Made by a program: the position numbers and the translations under genes | In this document: in pieces, positions 39,558 to 52,424 of the stretch | Position numbering within the stretch: position 1 is the stretch's first letter | How the letters are laid out: every line of letters begins with the position of its first letter | Assembly (NCBI GenBank): GCA_951406725.2 | Contig: OX597820.1 | Span: forward strand, 96,844,001-96,908,000 | Direction of reading: 5' to 3' | Length of the DNA stretch: 64,000 bases | Source of the DNA: Octopus vulgaris | Taxonomy: Eukaryota | The notes under the pieces: model-generated | What the model was told of the DNA's origin: nothing | Seen by the model: the letters and a program-made list of their open reading frames with translations, nothing else | Database searches by the model: none

Positions 39558-39888
39558 AGCGGTCCGAAATGTGGTCCTTTGCTATTCGTAAGACCCACAG
39601 AAGAGAAAGTAGGTCAACCCCTGACACCGAGAGTATCGACAGATGGATGAATGCGCATCCAGGTTCAGCGGTTGCATAGGAAGTCGGGGACAAGAAACTG
39701 GAATAAAGAGTGAGAGAAAGTTGGAGCGAAAGAGTACAGCAGGGATCGCCACCATGCCCTGCCGGAGCCTCGTGGAGCTTTGTGTGTTTTCGCTCAATAA
39801 ACACACACAACGCCCAGTCTGGGAATCAAAACCGCGATCCTCTGACCACGAGTCTGCTGCCCTAATCACTGAGCCATTGTGCCTCCAC
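39558..39888 (-). mobile_element. SINE family D
   Basis: Reverse complement of 17703-18030. Confidence 0.85.
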
Positions 39889-39928
39889 TGTTGTTGCTGT
39901 TGTTGGTGATGGCACTGTTGTTCCTCTC

Positions 39929-39971
<43 letters not shown>

Positions 39972-40200
39972 ACATTGTTGTTGATGTTATTGGGTACTGT
40001 GGTGTCAGCAGTACTGGAGGGAGTGGGGGGTTTCTCTTTCCTGTTATTATTTCCTTTAAACAAAAAGTTCTGAAGTGAACTTCCCTACCACATAAGTTGA
40101 ATTTGGCCCTCTGTTTTCAACTGCAACACACGCAACTCCACTCCAGTGGTAGATGGGTTCAATCTGGGATCTTTTCCACCTCCTTTAGGTTGATCTTGAG

Positions 40201-41795
40201 GCAAAAATGACAGAAACATCTAACATTAATCTTGACCAGCAGCATGTCATAAAGGTGTTAGAACCAGCAGAGAGCTACAGATACCTAGGAGTATTTGAAG
40301 GTGATGGAATCAAGCATTCAATGATAAGGGAAAAGATCAGAAGAAAACGTTATCGCAAGGTAAGAGCAATACTCAAGGCAGAGCTAAATGCAAGAAACAG
40401 GATCGAAGAGATCAATACTTTAGCCATACTGGTCATGACTTACAGTTTCAATATCATAAATGGTCAATTACTGAAATCTGTAATCTTGACAGAAAAATAT
40501 GAAAATTGTTAACAATGCATAGAATGCACCACAGTAAGGCAGATATAGAACGACTTTACCTGCCAAGAAAAGAGGGTGGCTGTGGACTTCTACAACTGGA
40601 ATTAACAAAGAAGATTGCCACAAGTAGCCTAAACACCTACCTGGAAAACTTTGATGACTGAATGTTAAAACTTTTCTTAAAACATGAAAAAAGAAAGCAT
40701 CATACTCAGTAACAAAACTGGCAAAGGAATATCTAAGTGGATTCCAAATACAACCAATCCCAGAATTAGACGTACTGGAAACAAGCACAGAAAAAGCTAA
40801 GTGTATGAAAACACGTGCTAAAACTGCTGCCTTAGATACTCTTACTGATAAATGGCAAGAAAAACCTCTCAATGGCAATATACCCAAAGAGGGCTAATAA
40901 TGCCGATGTTGACAAAGCCCTAACCCATCAATGGTTAGTGTCTTATGGCTTAAAATCAGCCAGAAAGATTTATCATAGCAGACCATGATCAATGCCTACC
41001 TACAAGGAACTACAAGGCCAAGAATGGCAGTAGCCCAACATGTCATGTATGTAAACAACAAAATGAAACCATTGATCATGTTGTCTCCATGTACAGTCTT
41101 TTTGTGCCTACAGAGTATCTCAACAGGCATGAGAGAGCAGCACAGTATATTCACTGGGTAATTTGCAAAAGCTTGGGCCTGACCCATGATAAAAACTGGA
41201 GAGAACACAAACCACCTCCAGTGCTTGAAAATGATTGCATCTCACTCCTCTGGAACTTCAAAATTCAAACTAACAGAAAGATAGATGCAAATAAGCTAGA
41301 CGTTATATTGAAAAACTTCAGACAAAAATCTTGCCTCCTCATTAATATGACTATCTCAATTGACATAAACGTATCTGTCAAGACCTACCAAAAACTAAAC
41401 AAGTATAAAGATCTCGAAATAGAAATTGGCAAATTGTGGAACCTCAAGACTAAAACAATACCTGTTGTCGTAGGTGCCCTAGGAATGATAGCAAAGGGAG
41501 CTGATTCCTACCTAGCTCAGATACTAGGAAACCCCAAAATGGCCGAAATTAAAAATAGTGCTCATGAGAACTGCTCATATCCTATGTAAAATACTGTCTA
41601 TGTAATCTCAAATTTTAAAACAAACTTATAATTTTCTTAAGTTTTCTTAAACATTCTCTAGAACAATTCTCTGTGCAAAAACAAATATATGATACCCTAG
41701 GCATAACTACAACTTGAACTTCTAACTTGTTGTTTCTTGAGGTCTCTGGGTGAGACTTGGAGTCAACTTGTACAAATACAAAGCAAAAGTCAAAC

Positions 41796-41798
<3 letters not shown>
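40201..41798 (+). pseudogene. Dong/R4-type non-LTR retrotransposon 3' relic (RT end, zinc knuckle, REL endonuclease)
   Basis: YRYLGV...ELNARN, LYLPRKEGG.GL, ETIDHVVS.., RHE...IHWVICK, K.NKYKDLEIEI...IPVVVGALG, followed by (TAA)n. Confidence 0.9.
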
Positions 41799-41856
<58 letters not shown>

Positions 41857-41875
41857 AAGAAGAAGAAGAAGAAAG

Positions 41876-41919
<44 letters not shown>

Positions 41920-41944
41920 AATAATAATAATAATAATAATAATA
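41799..41944. repeat. (TAA)(GAA)(CAA)(TAA) compound microsatellite
   Basis: Seen directly, between two Dong/R4-type copies. Confidence 0.95.
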
Positions 41945-42878
41945 AGCTCCTGCATGGACAATATATTCTCCAAAGCCAAAATGTTGATGTAGACCAAGCA
42001 ACAACCCATCAGTGGCTGAAGAGTTCTGGATTGAAAGCAGAGACTGAAGGCTTCATACTGGCAGCACAAGATCAAAGCTTGTTTACCAGAAATTACCAGG
42101 CTAACGTTCTCCGAAACGGTACTGACCCTAAATGCAGATTCTGTGACACATTTGACGAAACAATAGACCATCTCGTTTCGGGATGTCCTGTGCTGACACC
42201 AAACGAATACAAAAATCGCCACGATAGGGTAGGACAGTATATACATTGGAAGATATGTAAACACTACAAATTCGGCACTCCTGCTAACTGGTATGAACAC
42301 CATCCTCAGTCAGTTGTTGAAGGTAAAGATGTCACCATCCTCTGGGATTTTCCAGTCAACACTGACAGAATGATCAAGGCTAATCGACCAGACATAATTG
42401 TTAAAGACAGGAAAGAAAATACCTGCAGACTAATAGAGGTAAGCGTCCCCACTGATAAAAATGTATCTGTAAAGGAATTTGACAAACTTAGTAAATATAA
42501 GGACCTGGAAATCGAAATATAAAAGATGTGGAATCTTAAAACAAAAACTGTTCCTGTTATTGTAGGTGCCCTAGGTATGATAAAAAAAGGGATGTCAGAA
42601 ACACCTAGACAATATCCCTGGAGAACCATGTCTCAAGGAAATCCAAAAGATTGTGCTAACAAGTACTGCCCACATCCTTAGAAAAACCCTATCAATGTAA
42701 ATGTTTGTGTTTGTATTACATGGAGATATTTCTCTACTTCCCCTCCCCAAGCTTTCAGCTATATTTCAACAACTCTTAACCTTCACTTGCCCAAGGGCGC
42801 TGGGTGTGCCCCGGCAAGTGATTGCATCAAACATGCAGATTAAAAGTAAATGACAATAATAATAAATAAATAAATAAA
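41945..42878 (+). pseudogene. Second Dong/R4-type 3' fragment (well preserved)
   Basis: LHGQY...WLKSSGLKAETEGFILAAQDQ...CRFCDTFDETIDHLVSGC...RHDRV...NRPDIIVKD...KLSKYKDLEIEI, containing CCHC and PD-(D/E)xK REL motifs. Confidence 0.92.
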
Positions 42879-43418
42879 CCTGATATTATTATAAAAGATC
42901 AGACAAAAAAGGTGTGTATAAACCGGATATTATTATAAAAGATCAGATAAAAAAGGTGTGTTTATTAATTGACATGATATTCCTTGTGATCACAATATAG
43001 CAGCAAAAGAATTTGACAAGATCAGTAAATATAAAGACTTGCTAATAGAAATTGGGAAAATGTAGCATCTCAAGGCGACTACAGTGATTGTAGGAGCTCT
43101 AGGAATGATAAAAAAAGGTACTGAAACCTATTTGAAAATGATACCAGGCTTACCATCCCTACAAGAAGTGCAAAAAATCATGTTAACTAGAACGACTCAT
43201 GTACTGAGAAGAGCATTATCGCTGTGAAAACAACATCCATTCATGAATTTATTTATTTATTAATTTTTTTAAAATACATATTTTACCTGTGAATTTGCAT
43301 GTGTAATCGTGGAATGCATACAAATACAATGAGCTTCTCTGCCCTAGGTGTACGGAAAACACTCGGCGAGAAATGGAAGAAAATTTGAAGAAAGAAGAAA
43401 AAAAAATAATAATAATAA
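42876..43418 (+). pseudogene. Third Dong/R4-type 3' fragment
   Basis: KPDIIIKDQ (first about 44 bp duplicated)...KISKYKDL...VGALGMIKK...HVLRRALSL*, with a (TAA) tail. Confidence 0.85.
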
Positions 43419-43975
43419 ACGCCCTGATGCAGTACCAGGCAGTTACTCTCATGGCTTCTGATCTTAACTGATTGGAAGTGTTATCATGAACATTGTTTTG
43501 TCTTAATATAAAAGATGGGCTACAGCAAATATTCTGCTCAATACCACAGATTTGCTTATCAGTTCTTTGACCATAACCAGTTAAGCTTGTCCCTTAGTGG
43601 TTGATGATATGTGCACCTCTGATCATGAGCAGAAGTAACAGGGAAGTATCATAGCCATGCATTAAGAGGAATTCTTTGGAGTTTCAATAATTCACCTTTG
43701 GAAACATGGGTGTTTCTTTCAACATCCTTAAATAACTTTTATTCAGGGACCTTTTGAGTGGAATGGGCTACTCGACCTGAAGAAAATTCTAACTGGACCC
43801 CCACCTGCAAGGTCATGCACTGTTAATCTTGATATAAGATCACCATGTTGCACACATGTCTGTGATGCATGTGCCTGGTGTACCCTTATCAGATGTGTAG
43901 TCATGATGGGTATGCTGGGCTTCGTATATTTTACCCCAGTGTCACTTTGATGGCATGCACTGCTCTCTCACTCAA
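43419..43975 (+). mobile_element. Non-coding interspersed repeat of about 555 bp bounded by (TAA)n
   Basis: Begins cgccctgatgcagtaccaggc after a TAA run and ends ctctctcactc followed by aataat. Recalled as a common octopus repeat; no ORF. Confidence 0.6.
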
Positions 43976-43995
43976 TAATAACAATAATAATGATA

Positions 43996-44057
<62 letters not shown>

Positions 44058-44721
44058 GGTGGTGGTGGTGGTGGTGGTGGTGGTGGTGGTGATGATGGTG
44101 GTGGTGGTGATGATGTTGATGATGATGATAATAATAATAATGACTAGTTAGACTCATAAATATTTCATAGAATTAATGTTAAACTTATCGGATTATTTCT
44201 GAAAACTTTATCCAAGAAAGCTGAAAGTATAGCCTGTGGTGTGCCTGTATCAAAAGATACAGGTAATGATTGAAAATGAAGGAAATTGGAATACAATGAT
44301 TACTTAATGCACTTTATATATACACTTTATATACTTCATGCACAATTTTATAGACTTAATACACAGCACTCACCCTCTTTCTCTCTCACTCCATGCCTTA
44401 TCCTCTTATTCTCTCTCCTTTTTCTTTAGCTCTTTGCCTTTTGCTTCAACCAATCAAGTAAAAGTGTTATAGACTGGTTAAGTAATGGAGAAAAAAACAA
44501 TTTAGCTCAAAAAAAGTTACACATTTCACTCACCACCACCTCTCCCTCCCCTCCCTATCTCCCCATCCTATCCACCCTCCCTCCATACCCCACCACCCAA
44601 CCCTACCATACCCCCTCTCCCTCTCTCTCCCCTTCAACTAATCATGTGGAAGCATTATGGACAGGCTAAGTAACAGAAGAACAAGCAGAATTATTATAAG
44701 ATGATGATGATGATGATGATG

Positions 44722-44769
<48 letters not shown>

Positions 44770-46415
44770 GGAAGAAAACAAGCATGAGGCTGAGATTATT
44801 GATCAAGAAAGTGAAATCATTGATATTTGGACCTCTGGTGAACAGAGATTTCATACGGGGTTTAAAAAAGTAGACAGAAAGAAACTCAATGAATGGGTCA
44901 GGAAGATAAATGATATCACTAGAGATATCAAGACTGACAACATCACAGACGCCGACAAACTGATAAATACAATCTTGATCTTTACAGCCTGGAAGTTAGG
45001 TTTGGAAGCCAAAGGTAAATGTCAACATAACCTGAAGGAAAAATGGTGGAAAAGGAGAATAACACAGTCTGTTAACAAGACTGGAAGACATATTAATATT
45101 CTGGAACAGAAAAAAAGAAACGAAGTTCAATATGTTGAGCTAGATAGGAGGTATAGGGTGAAGAGAAAGAGAATCAATGTTGTGATTGAGGAATTAAAAC
45201 AGAGGTTGAAAGCTAAAGTACATAAACTAAAGAGATATGAACAGAGAATTGAGGAGTACAGATTAAACAGACTTTTTGAACAAAATCAGGAACGAGTCTA
45301 TCATGAACTGGATGGGAAAGAAAAAAGGTGAAAAAGTCATGCCGGATACTGTAGAAAGCAAAGATATTGGCATGGAATTTGGGATTGAGAAATGTGATGT
45401 AATGATTCTCAAAAGGGAAAATCAGTATAAGCCATGGGATCAAGCTGGAGAGTGGTGGAACTATGAAGGAAGTCGGAGAGGGAGGTTATAAGTACCAGGG
45501 TATCATTGAAAGAGATAAGATGAATGAACACAGGATGAAAGAAATGTACAGGAAGGAGTATTTGAAGTGAACTCAGCCTGTGCTCCAATCAAAGCTAAAT
45601 AGCCACTACAAGATCAGAGCAATTAATATGTGGGCGGTTGCTTTGATGAGATATGAGGCAGGAATAGTATCTTGGAAGAAGCATGAATTACAAGAGATAG
45701 ACTGGGGAACATGTAAATTAATGACAATGAACAAGGAACTACACCCCAAGAGTTATGTGTCAAGATTGTATGTAAGGCGGAAAGAAAGAGGATGGGGATT
45801 GGTCTGTTGTGAAGGTTGTGTAAGGGAAGAAGAGAAAAACCTGGCTTGGTATGTCAAGGAGAGTAAAGAAGAAATGATTGAAGCAATGAAAATGCAAGGA
45901 ACCTTAAAAGTGAATGAAGCCGTAGATCCAACACAATTTAAGAAAGATCAGAGAGAGTAGATGAAGAAAATTTGGCTGGACAAGAAAATGCAGTCAGTTC
46001 TTGAAGAATAAGATGAGATTGATTGGAATAGAACCTGGCAATGGCAACAGAAAAGAAACTTAAAAGGGCCCACTGAGGCCTTAGTGTGCAGTGCTCAAGA
46101 ACAAGCTTTCAGAACAAACTACTCCAAATATTACATTGATAAAAGCACTGACTCTGAGATGTACCCTGAGAAGGGAAAATGTATAAGCCATATTGTTAGT
46201 GAGTTCTGTAAGCTCACACAACAGCAATACAAAAGGAGACATGACAATGTGGCCAGATATGTCCAGATATGTCCACTGGCTGTTGTGTGGTAAAGCAAAC
46301 CTTGAGAGAGCTGAACAATGGCATTGACACAAGCCAGAGTGAGTAATGGAAAATGAACATTACAAAATACTCTGGGATTTTAACATGCACTGCAACCAAG
46401 TCGTAGCAATGATAA
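44770..46415 (+). pseudogene. Internally deleted Dong/R4-type retrotransposon of a different subfamily
   Basis: IEELKQRLKAK..KLKRY..R...Y..NRLF, DIGMEFGIEKC, LHPKS.V.RLYVRRKERG.GL, SAQEQA.RTNY, YKRRHDNVA. Preceded by (GAT)(AAT)n. Confidence 0.88.
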
Positions 46416-47728
46416 GTAACCAAGACCTTTGGTTATATGCAGTGCTTGTGAAGACTCATCAAGCCAAGTTAAATCGCAGTCATGGCTGATGCCAGGGTCG
46501 CTTAACTGGCATTTGTGCTGGTGGTGCGTTAAAAACACTCTTCGAATGTTGGGTGATATGTTGTACTTGAGAAGACCCACGAAGCCAAGTGAAATCATAG
46601 TCATGGCCAATGTCAGTGTTGCGTAACAGGCACCCATGCTGATGGCATGTAAAAAACACACTTCAAATTTTGGGCCTCACAGAGGCAGTGGCAAGTGACC
46701 GAGACCTTTGACAATACACCATGCTTCAGAAGACAATCAAGTTTGTAGGTCTCGATAAGTATGGTTGCTCTAGGTTGTGACAAAAAAAATTTGATGTTTT
46801 GGACACAGATCTATCAATAGAAGTGTCAAGTAATGGCTGGTGGAAGTGAAAGATGATGAATATCTTAAAAGTGAAGGATATGTATAAAGTCCCTTCGATT
46901 CCATCATCAATTTTGAGAATGCATTCTCTCACTAGTTTTCTTGGAGTCTGGACTTTACTGTTGCTGGTAGCAAAATTGTTTTGCAAGTAGCTTGCTGAAT
47001 TCTTTCATTAAGATACATTATTATCACAGAAAATCTGGCACATATTCTCAATAGATAGCTGAACTAAAACTGGATTAACTGCTAGTGTCTTACTCAGGAG
47101 CATAGCAGGACATCAGTTCTAAATATAAACTCATGATACATGAGTTATTAGCATAATACTCTATCCACTTACCTATTCTATAAATACTATTTCAATACAT
47201 CTATATTTAATATTTACAAATTGCAACATACTTATACAACTATGGCATAAAATTTATTCTGTTGTTTTAGCTATTTGTATTACTTTTCACTGATGCAGAA
47301 CATCTAATTTTCCTCAGATTTACTGAGTGTGGCTTGAGGTAAATTTGGCTGCTATTTATAGCAGGGTGAGTGGAACTACCACTTCCAGCACCAACATCAC
47401 ACCATCACAACGATGACCACCACTAACATCACAATCACCACCATCATAAACAAAGCAAATAAAACAAGTGGAGTAATTAATTTATGGAGACATGAAGATA
47501 ACTTTACTTCTCACGCAACACCTGTACATGCCAGATAGCTTGTAATATTATAATTAACTTTTTAATTAGACATGATTAATCAAAACACATACTTGCATAT
47601 ATTCAATGTAAAAATCTTATGTATGCAGATGAACAGGAAATGACAAATAAAGACATGTGCCAGGTTGGGATTAGAGTGTTACTTGCACTAGATACATTAC
47701 AAAAAGATAACCACACACACATGCACAC

Positions 47729-47793
<65 letters not shown>

Positions 47794-47842
47794 TATACAT
47801 ACACACACAGAGAGAAGCACACACATGTATAAATATATATAT

Positions 47843-48330
47843 ATAATAACAAATTAATAAATAAAACATGCATATATACATACATATATGTACGTACCTA
47901 CCTCTACATGTATATATACATGCATATATGGGTACAGGAAACCAAAAAAACGTCGAACACAATGAGAAACGAAAACATAAACACAAAACCAAGGAAATGG
48001 ACATTTTTCTTAAACAATGAAAACATAGAGTACAGGACATACAACACAAGGAAAATTCCCCTTCTTCAGTCACCTCTGTTTCATCTATTCCACGTTTCGA
48101 AGGTCAAGGCGAGACCTTGTGTTGTATGTCCTGTACTCTATTTTTTCGTTGTTTAAGAAAAATGTCCATTTCCTTGGTTTTGTGTTTATGTTTTTGTTTC
48201 TCATTGTGTTTGACGTTTTTTTTTTGGTGTCCTGTACCCATATATGCATGTATATATACATGTAGAGGTAGGTACATACATATATGTATGTATATATGCA
48301 TATGTTTTATTTATTAATTTGTCATTATAT
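47843..48330. repeat. Fold-back element (about 205-bp arms, about 63-nt spacer) near (TA)n
   Basis: 47843-48051 is the reverse complement of 48115-48330. A non-folded family member lies at 55710-55985. Confidence 0.9.
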
Positions 48331-48370
48331 GACGGAACACACGCATCCATTTCTAAGTAAGTTTGTTCTT

Positions 48371-48448
<78 letters not shown>

Positions 48449-48455
48449 GTGTATG

Positions 48456-48489
<34 letters not shown>

Positions 48490-48888
48490 TGTATGTATGT
48501 ATATATATGTATGTATGTATTTATTTTCATTTATGGGAAATGTTTTGAAAATACTTATAAAAGCTCCTATTTTATTATGCTGGCTACAACATAATGATGC
48601 CAACTGTTCATACCATTTTTTTGCACCTTAAGAAATGAATGCATGAACATGATCTACCCAATGTCCATGGCTACTATGGATTGCACTGTAATCATCCAAG
48701 GAATATGGACTATGATCTTAAGAAGCATGTAATTTGTGAAAGCGTTCAGAGCAATGCATTAAAATATTCATAAATTCTATCCAAGGATTATTATTCTTAT
48801 TACTCTACAGATGATAATTATATTTATCTACACACACACATACACACACATACACACACATACACATACACATACACACTCACATACA

Positions 48889-48956
<68 letters not shown>

Positions 48957-49190
48957 ATACACATTCACATACACCACACACACAAGGTGGCAGGCTGGCA
49001 GAATTGTTAGCATGCTGGATGAAATGCTTGGCAGTATTTCATTCATCCTTATAATTCAAGTTCTGCTGGGGCCAACTTTGACTCATGTCCCTTTGGGTTG
49101 ATAAAATAAGTACTAGTTGAACACTATGGTCGATGTAATCAACTTAACTACCCTTGGATAAGATTTCAACATGCAATTTTGCTTTACCTA

Positions 49191-49423
49191 AAAGGCAGCG
49201 AGCTTGGCAGAAATGTTAGCACACTGGGCGAAATGCCTAGCGGTTTTTTATCTGCCGTTACGTTCTGAGTTCAAATTCCGCCGAGGTCGACTTAGCCTTT
49301 CATCCTTTTAGGGTCGATAAATTAAGTACCAGTTACGTACTGGAGTCAATGTAATCGGCTTAATCCCTTTGTCTGTTCTTGTTTGTCCACTCTATGTTTA
49401 GCCCTTTGTGGGTAGTAAAGAAA
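49191..49423 (+). mobile_element. SINE family A
   Basis: aaggcagcgagcttggcagaaatgttagc...gtaaagaaat. Confidence 0.85.
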
Positions 49424-50395
49424 TCGCTATTGTGCTTTGTGATTGAAAACACTATTGCTTACAGCAATCTGGATGTCCTGTATCTTTGCAACTTCATTTT
49501 TCATCCACTCATTTGTATATTTTATTTTTTTTATTGGTTTTGTCTAAAAGGAAGGATTTGTGCCTATGGCTACTTGAAGGTTCTTTGATATTAATGGAAT
49601 ATACACAGTTAATATTTTTATTTCAACAGTTTAAGAAGAAAATACATGGCTGCAAGAAAAACAAATAAGGATGAAATCCAAAAGGATGACATTCTGGGCA
49701 GAGGTGGGAAAGAACTATGTGCAATGATTAGTGAACTAGGATGGAGTAGATGCAACAATGATGACGAGAAGAGGAGAGACGAGTGTTTCAAGAGTTCCTA
49801 AGTGGAGCTGGCGCATATCTAGTTAACTTCAAATAACAGAGTTCATAGTAATGGTGTCAGGAAAACAAAGAAGACAGCTCATTATTGCAGCAAAGTGTTG
49901 AGATAAGCATCAATTTAATGACTGTGTGCATCTTAGGAAAATCTTTACTTCACATTTTAATCAACTTTGTTTTAGATTATTACCTGGCTGATTAATGAAG
50001 GGTGTAAATGACGATGCATTCTCAGTCAAATCTATAATGTTCTTCTAATATTTAAGTATACAGTTGATGAAAAGGTAAAAATGGTAGATCATATTATATG
50101 CCTTACAGTGTTAGTATTCAGTTACCATTTTCTACATTCTAAGTCTAAATCTTTTCAAAATCTTCTTTGACTTCCTTCCTTTCTTTAACAACATCATCAA
50201 TGTTGACAAAATATGGAACATTCATGTTCTGGAGGCAATCCTATTAAATGTTCCCTTCGCTTGTAAATTTTTAACATTGTGTCACAGTAAAAGATCGGTA
50301 TTGATATTTATTGAGTGCATTTTTGCATTTTTGAATTATCTAGTAGTTGTCTCCTTTACAACACATCTTTGTAATTACTTCAAAACTGATTTTGA

Positions 50396-50460
50396 TTTCA
50401 GTTAGATGAGACAACTGATGTCTCTCACATGCGACATTGGTTTCTTTTAGTATACACTGT
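50396..50460 (+). pseudogene. Short hAT (Buster/Charlie-like) transposase relic
   Basis: ttt cag tta gat gag aca act gat gtc tct translates to FQLDETTDVS, the first catalytic motif. The match is short. Confidence 0.45.
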
Positions 50461-51298
50461 CTGTCTTCATTTAAAGAGATTGTCAGCTGTCAACTGTAAA
50501 ATCTCATTTGAAAACAAAAGGGCTGTCCTAAAACGTCAGATTCCTCTTCTCCCTAAGCTATACAAATTCATTCCAACTCAGGAACTTCAGTGGAACTTTT
50601 GGCCACCATAGTCCTCAAGCAGCAAAATTACCAGTTTCCTTGGAATTTGTTTTGAAATGTTAGATGTTTTCTGCTAGAATGTGGCACAAGTAAATCTAAA
50701 GATCCAGTCTTCACAGTTACATTTGTTATCAAATAATATCTTATTAAAGAAGCTTCATTGTTATGTAAGCAAGTTGGTTAGCTAACTAACGGTACTTAGT
50801 AATGTATGTAAGTGGTCCTTTGCAGACTGATGAGGCCAGAGGGATTTCTAAGGTTTTGTATTCATTGAAATTATTTTGTAATTTTAAGAAATAGTTACAA
50901 AGGTTAAACAAGTATTGATGCAGTTTTATTTTTATTATTCAGGATTAAATTATGATGAAGTATTTTATTTTCCAATAATTAATGAACGCATTTATACTTC
51001 AGTGTTGTACACTATATTCAGATTTAATTGATAAGATCTTAGACATAATTGTATCGTTAATAAGTTTGATTCACAATCACAATATTTCTGATTTAATCCT
51101 ACAGTGTAGTCTCTTATCAATACCATGCAAGTAGAATTTGACAGAAAGAAGCTTGTCATTGTATGTATGTATGCATGTATATATGTATGTATGAATTATG
51201 TATGTATGTTTGTATGTATGTATGTATGTATGTATGTATGTATATGTATTTATAGTGCCATGTGTTTCATGCCATGGAAAATTAAAATGTGTGTGTGT

Positions 51299-51363
<65 letters not shown>

Positions 51364-52191
51364 CATGTGTGTGTGTACGTACCCTTTGTCAATACATATC
51401 AACAAATGAAGAAGTTGAAAAACCAGGGCTTTAGGGGAATGATGTTCTAAGGTATTTATGTTTATAACTGTTGAAAACTGGTGTTGTTATTGTTTATATA
51501 TCTCACAACCTAGTGGTTCAACAAATAGGATAGATAAGTACCTGATTGAAATAACTACTAAGTTAACATATAGTGGTTTCTCAGCATGGTGGCAATCCAA
51601 TGAGAAAAACCAACAAATGTCATCATCATCATCATCATTGTTTAACGTCCACTTTCCATGCTAGCATGGGTTGGACGGTTCAACTGGGGTCTGGGAAGCC
51701 CGAAGGCTGCACCAGGCCAGTCAGATCTGGCAGTGTTTCTACAGCTGGATGCCCTTCCTAATGCCAACCACTCCGTGAGTGTAGTGGGTGCTTTTTATGT
51801 GCCACCGACACAGGTGCCAGACGAGGCTGGCGAACGGCCACGCTCGGATGGTGCTTTTTACATGCCACTGGCACGGCCACAATCGGATGGTATTTGTTAT
51901 GTGCCACCAGCATGGAGGCCAGTTGATGCGGTGCCGGCTACGGCCACATTCTGATGGCTCTCTTATGTGCCACCGGCACTGGTACCACAAACTACAAATT
52001 CCATTGTATAAAAGCAATTTTGATTTTTAAATAGCTGATTATTTGCTGTTAAAATATGATGCAAATTGCTGCTAAGATTGAAAGGCCCCTTAAATACAAA
52101 TGCTGTTTTGCTTCAAAAACAGCATTTGTAGTTGAATTTGAGCCTGGCAGTTGAATTTGAGTTAATGTAGTAAAATTAAATGATCATTACT

Positions 52192-52424
52192 TATTTCTTT
52201 ATTGCCCACAAGGGGCTAAACATAGAGGGGACAAACAAGGACAGACAAAGATATTAAGTTGATTACATCGACCCCTGTGCGTAACTGGTACTTAATTTAT
52301 CGGCCCCGAAAAGATGAAAGGCAAAGTCGACCTCGGTGAAATTTGAACTCAGAATGTAACGGCAGACAAAATACCATTAAGCATTTCGTCCTGCGTGCTA
52401 ACGTTTTTGCCAGCTTGTCGCCTT
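52192..52424 (-). mobile_element. SINE family A with TSD
   Basis: Flanked by tgatcattact at 52181-52191 and 52428-52438. Confidence 0.88.

Noticed and set aside
41737-42522. 261-aa ORF with poly-N/poly-K fused to a nuclease domain
   Set aside because: This is chance read-through from one element's 3' UTR across a microsatellite into a 5'-truncated neighbour, and it ends at a premature stop.
50822-50880. CTGATGA-GGCC as a hammerhead (also isolated CTGATGA at 4881, 9451, 16421 and 33727)
   Set aside because: No complementary stem II partner followed by GAAA and a stem I match was found.
52095-52130. 15-bp hairpin as a terminator or functional RNA
   Set aside because: The context is eukaryotic and it is an isolated AT-rich inverted repeat with no supporting features.
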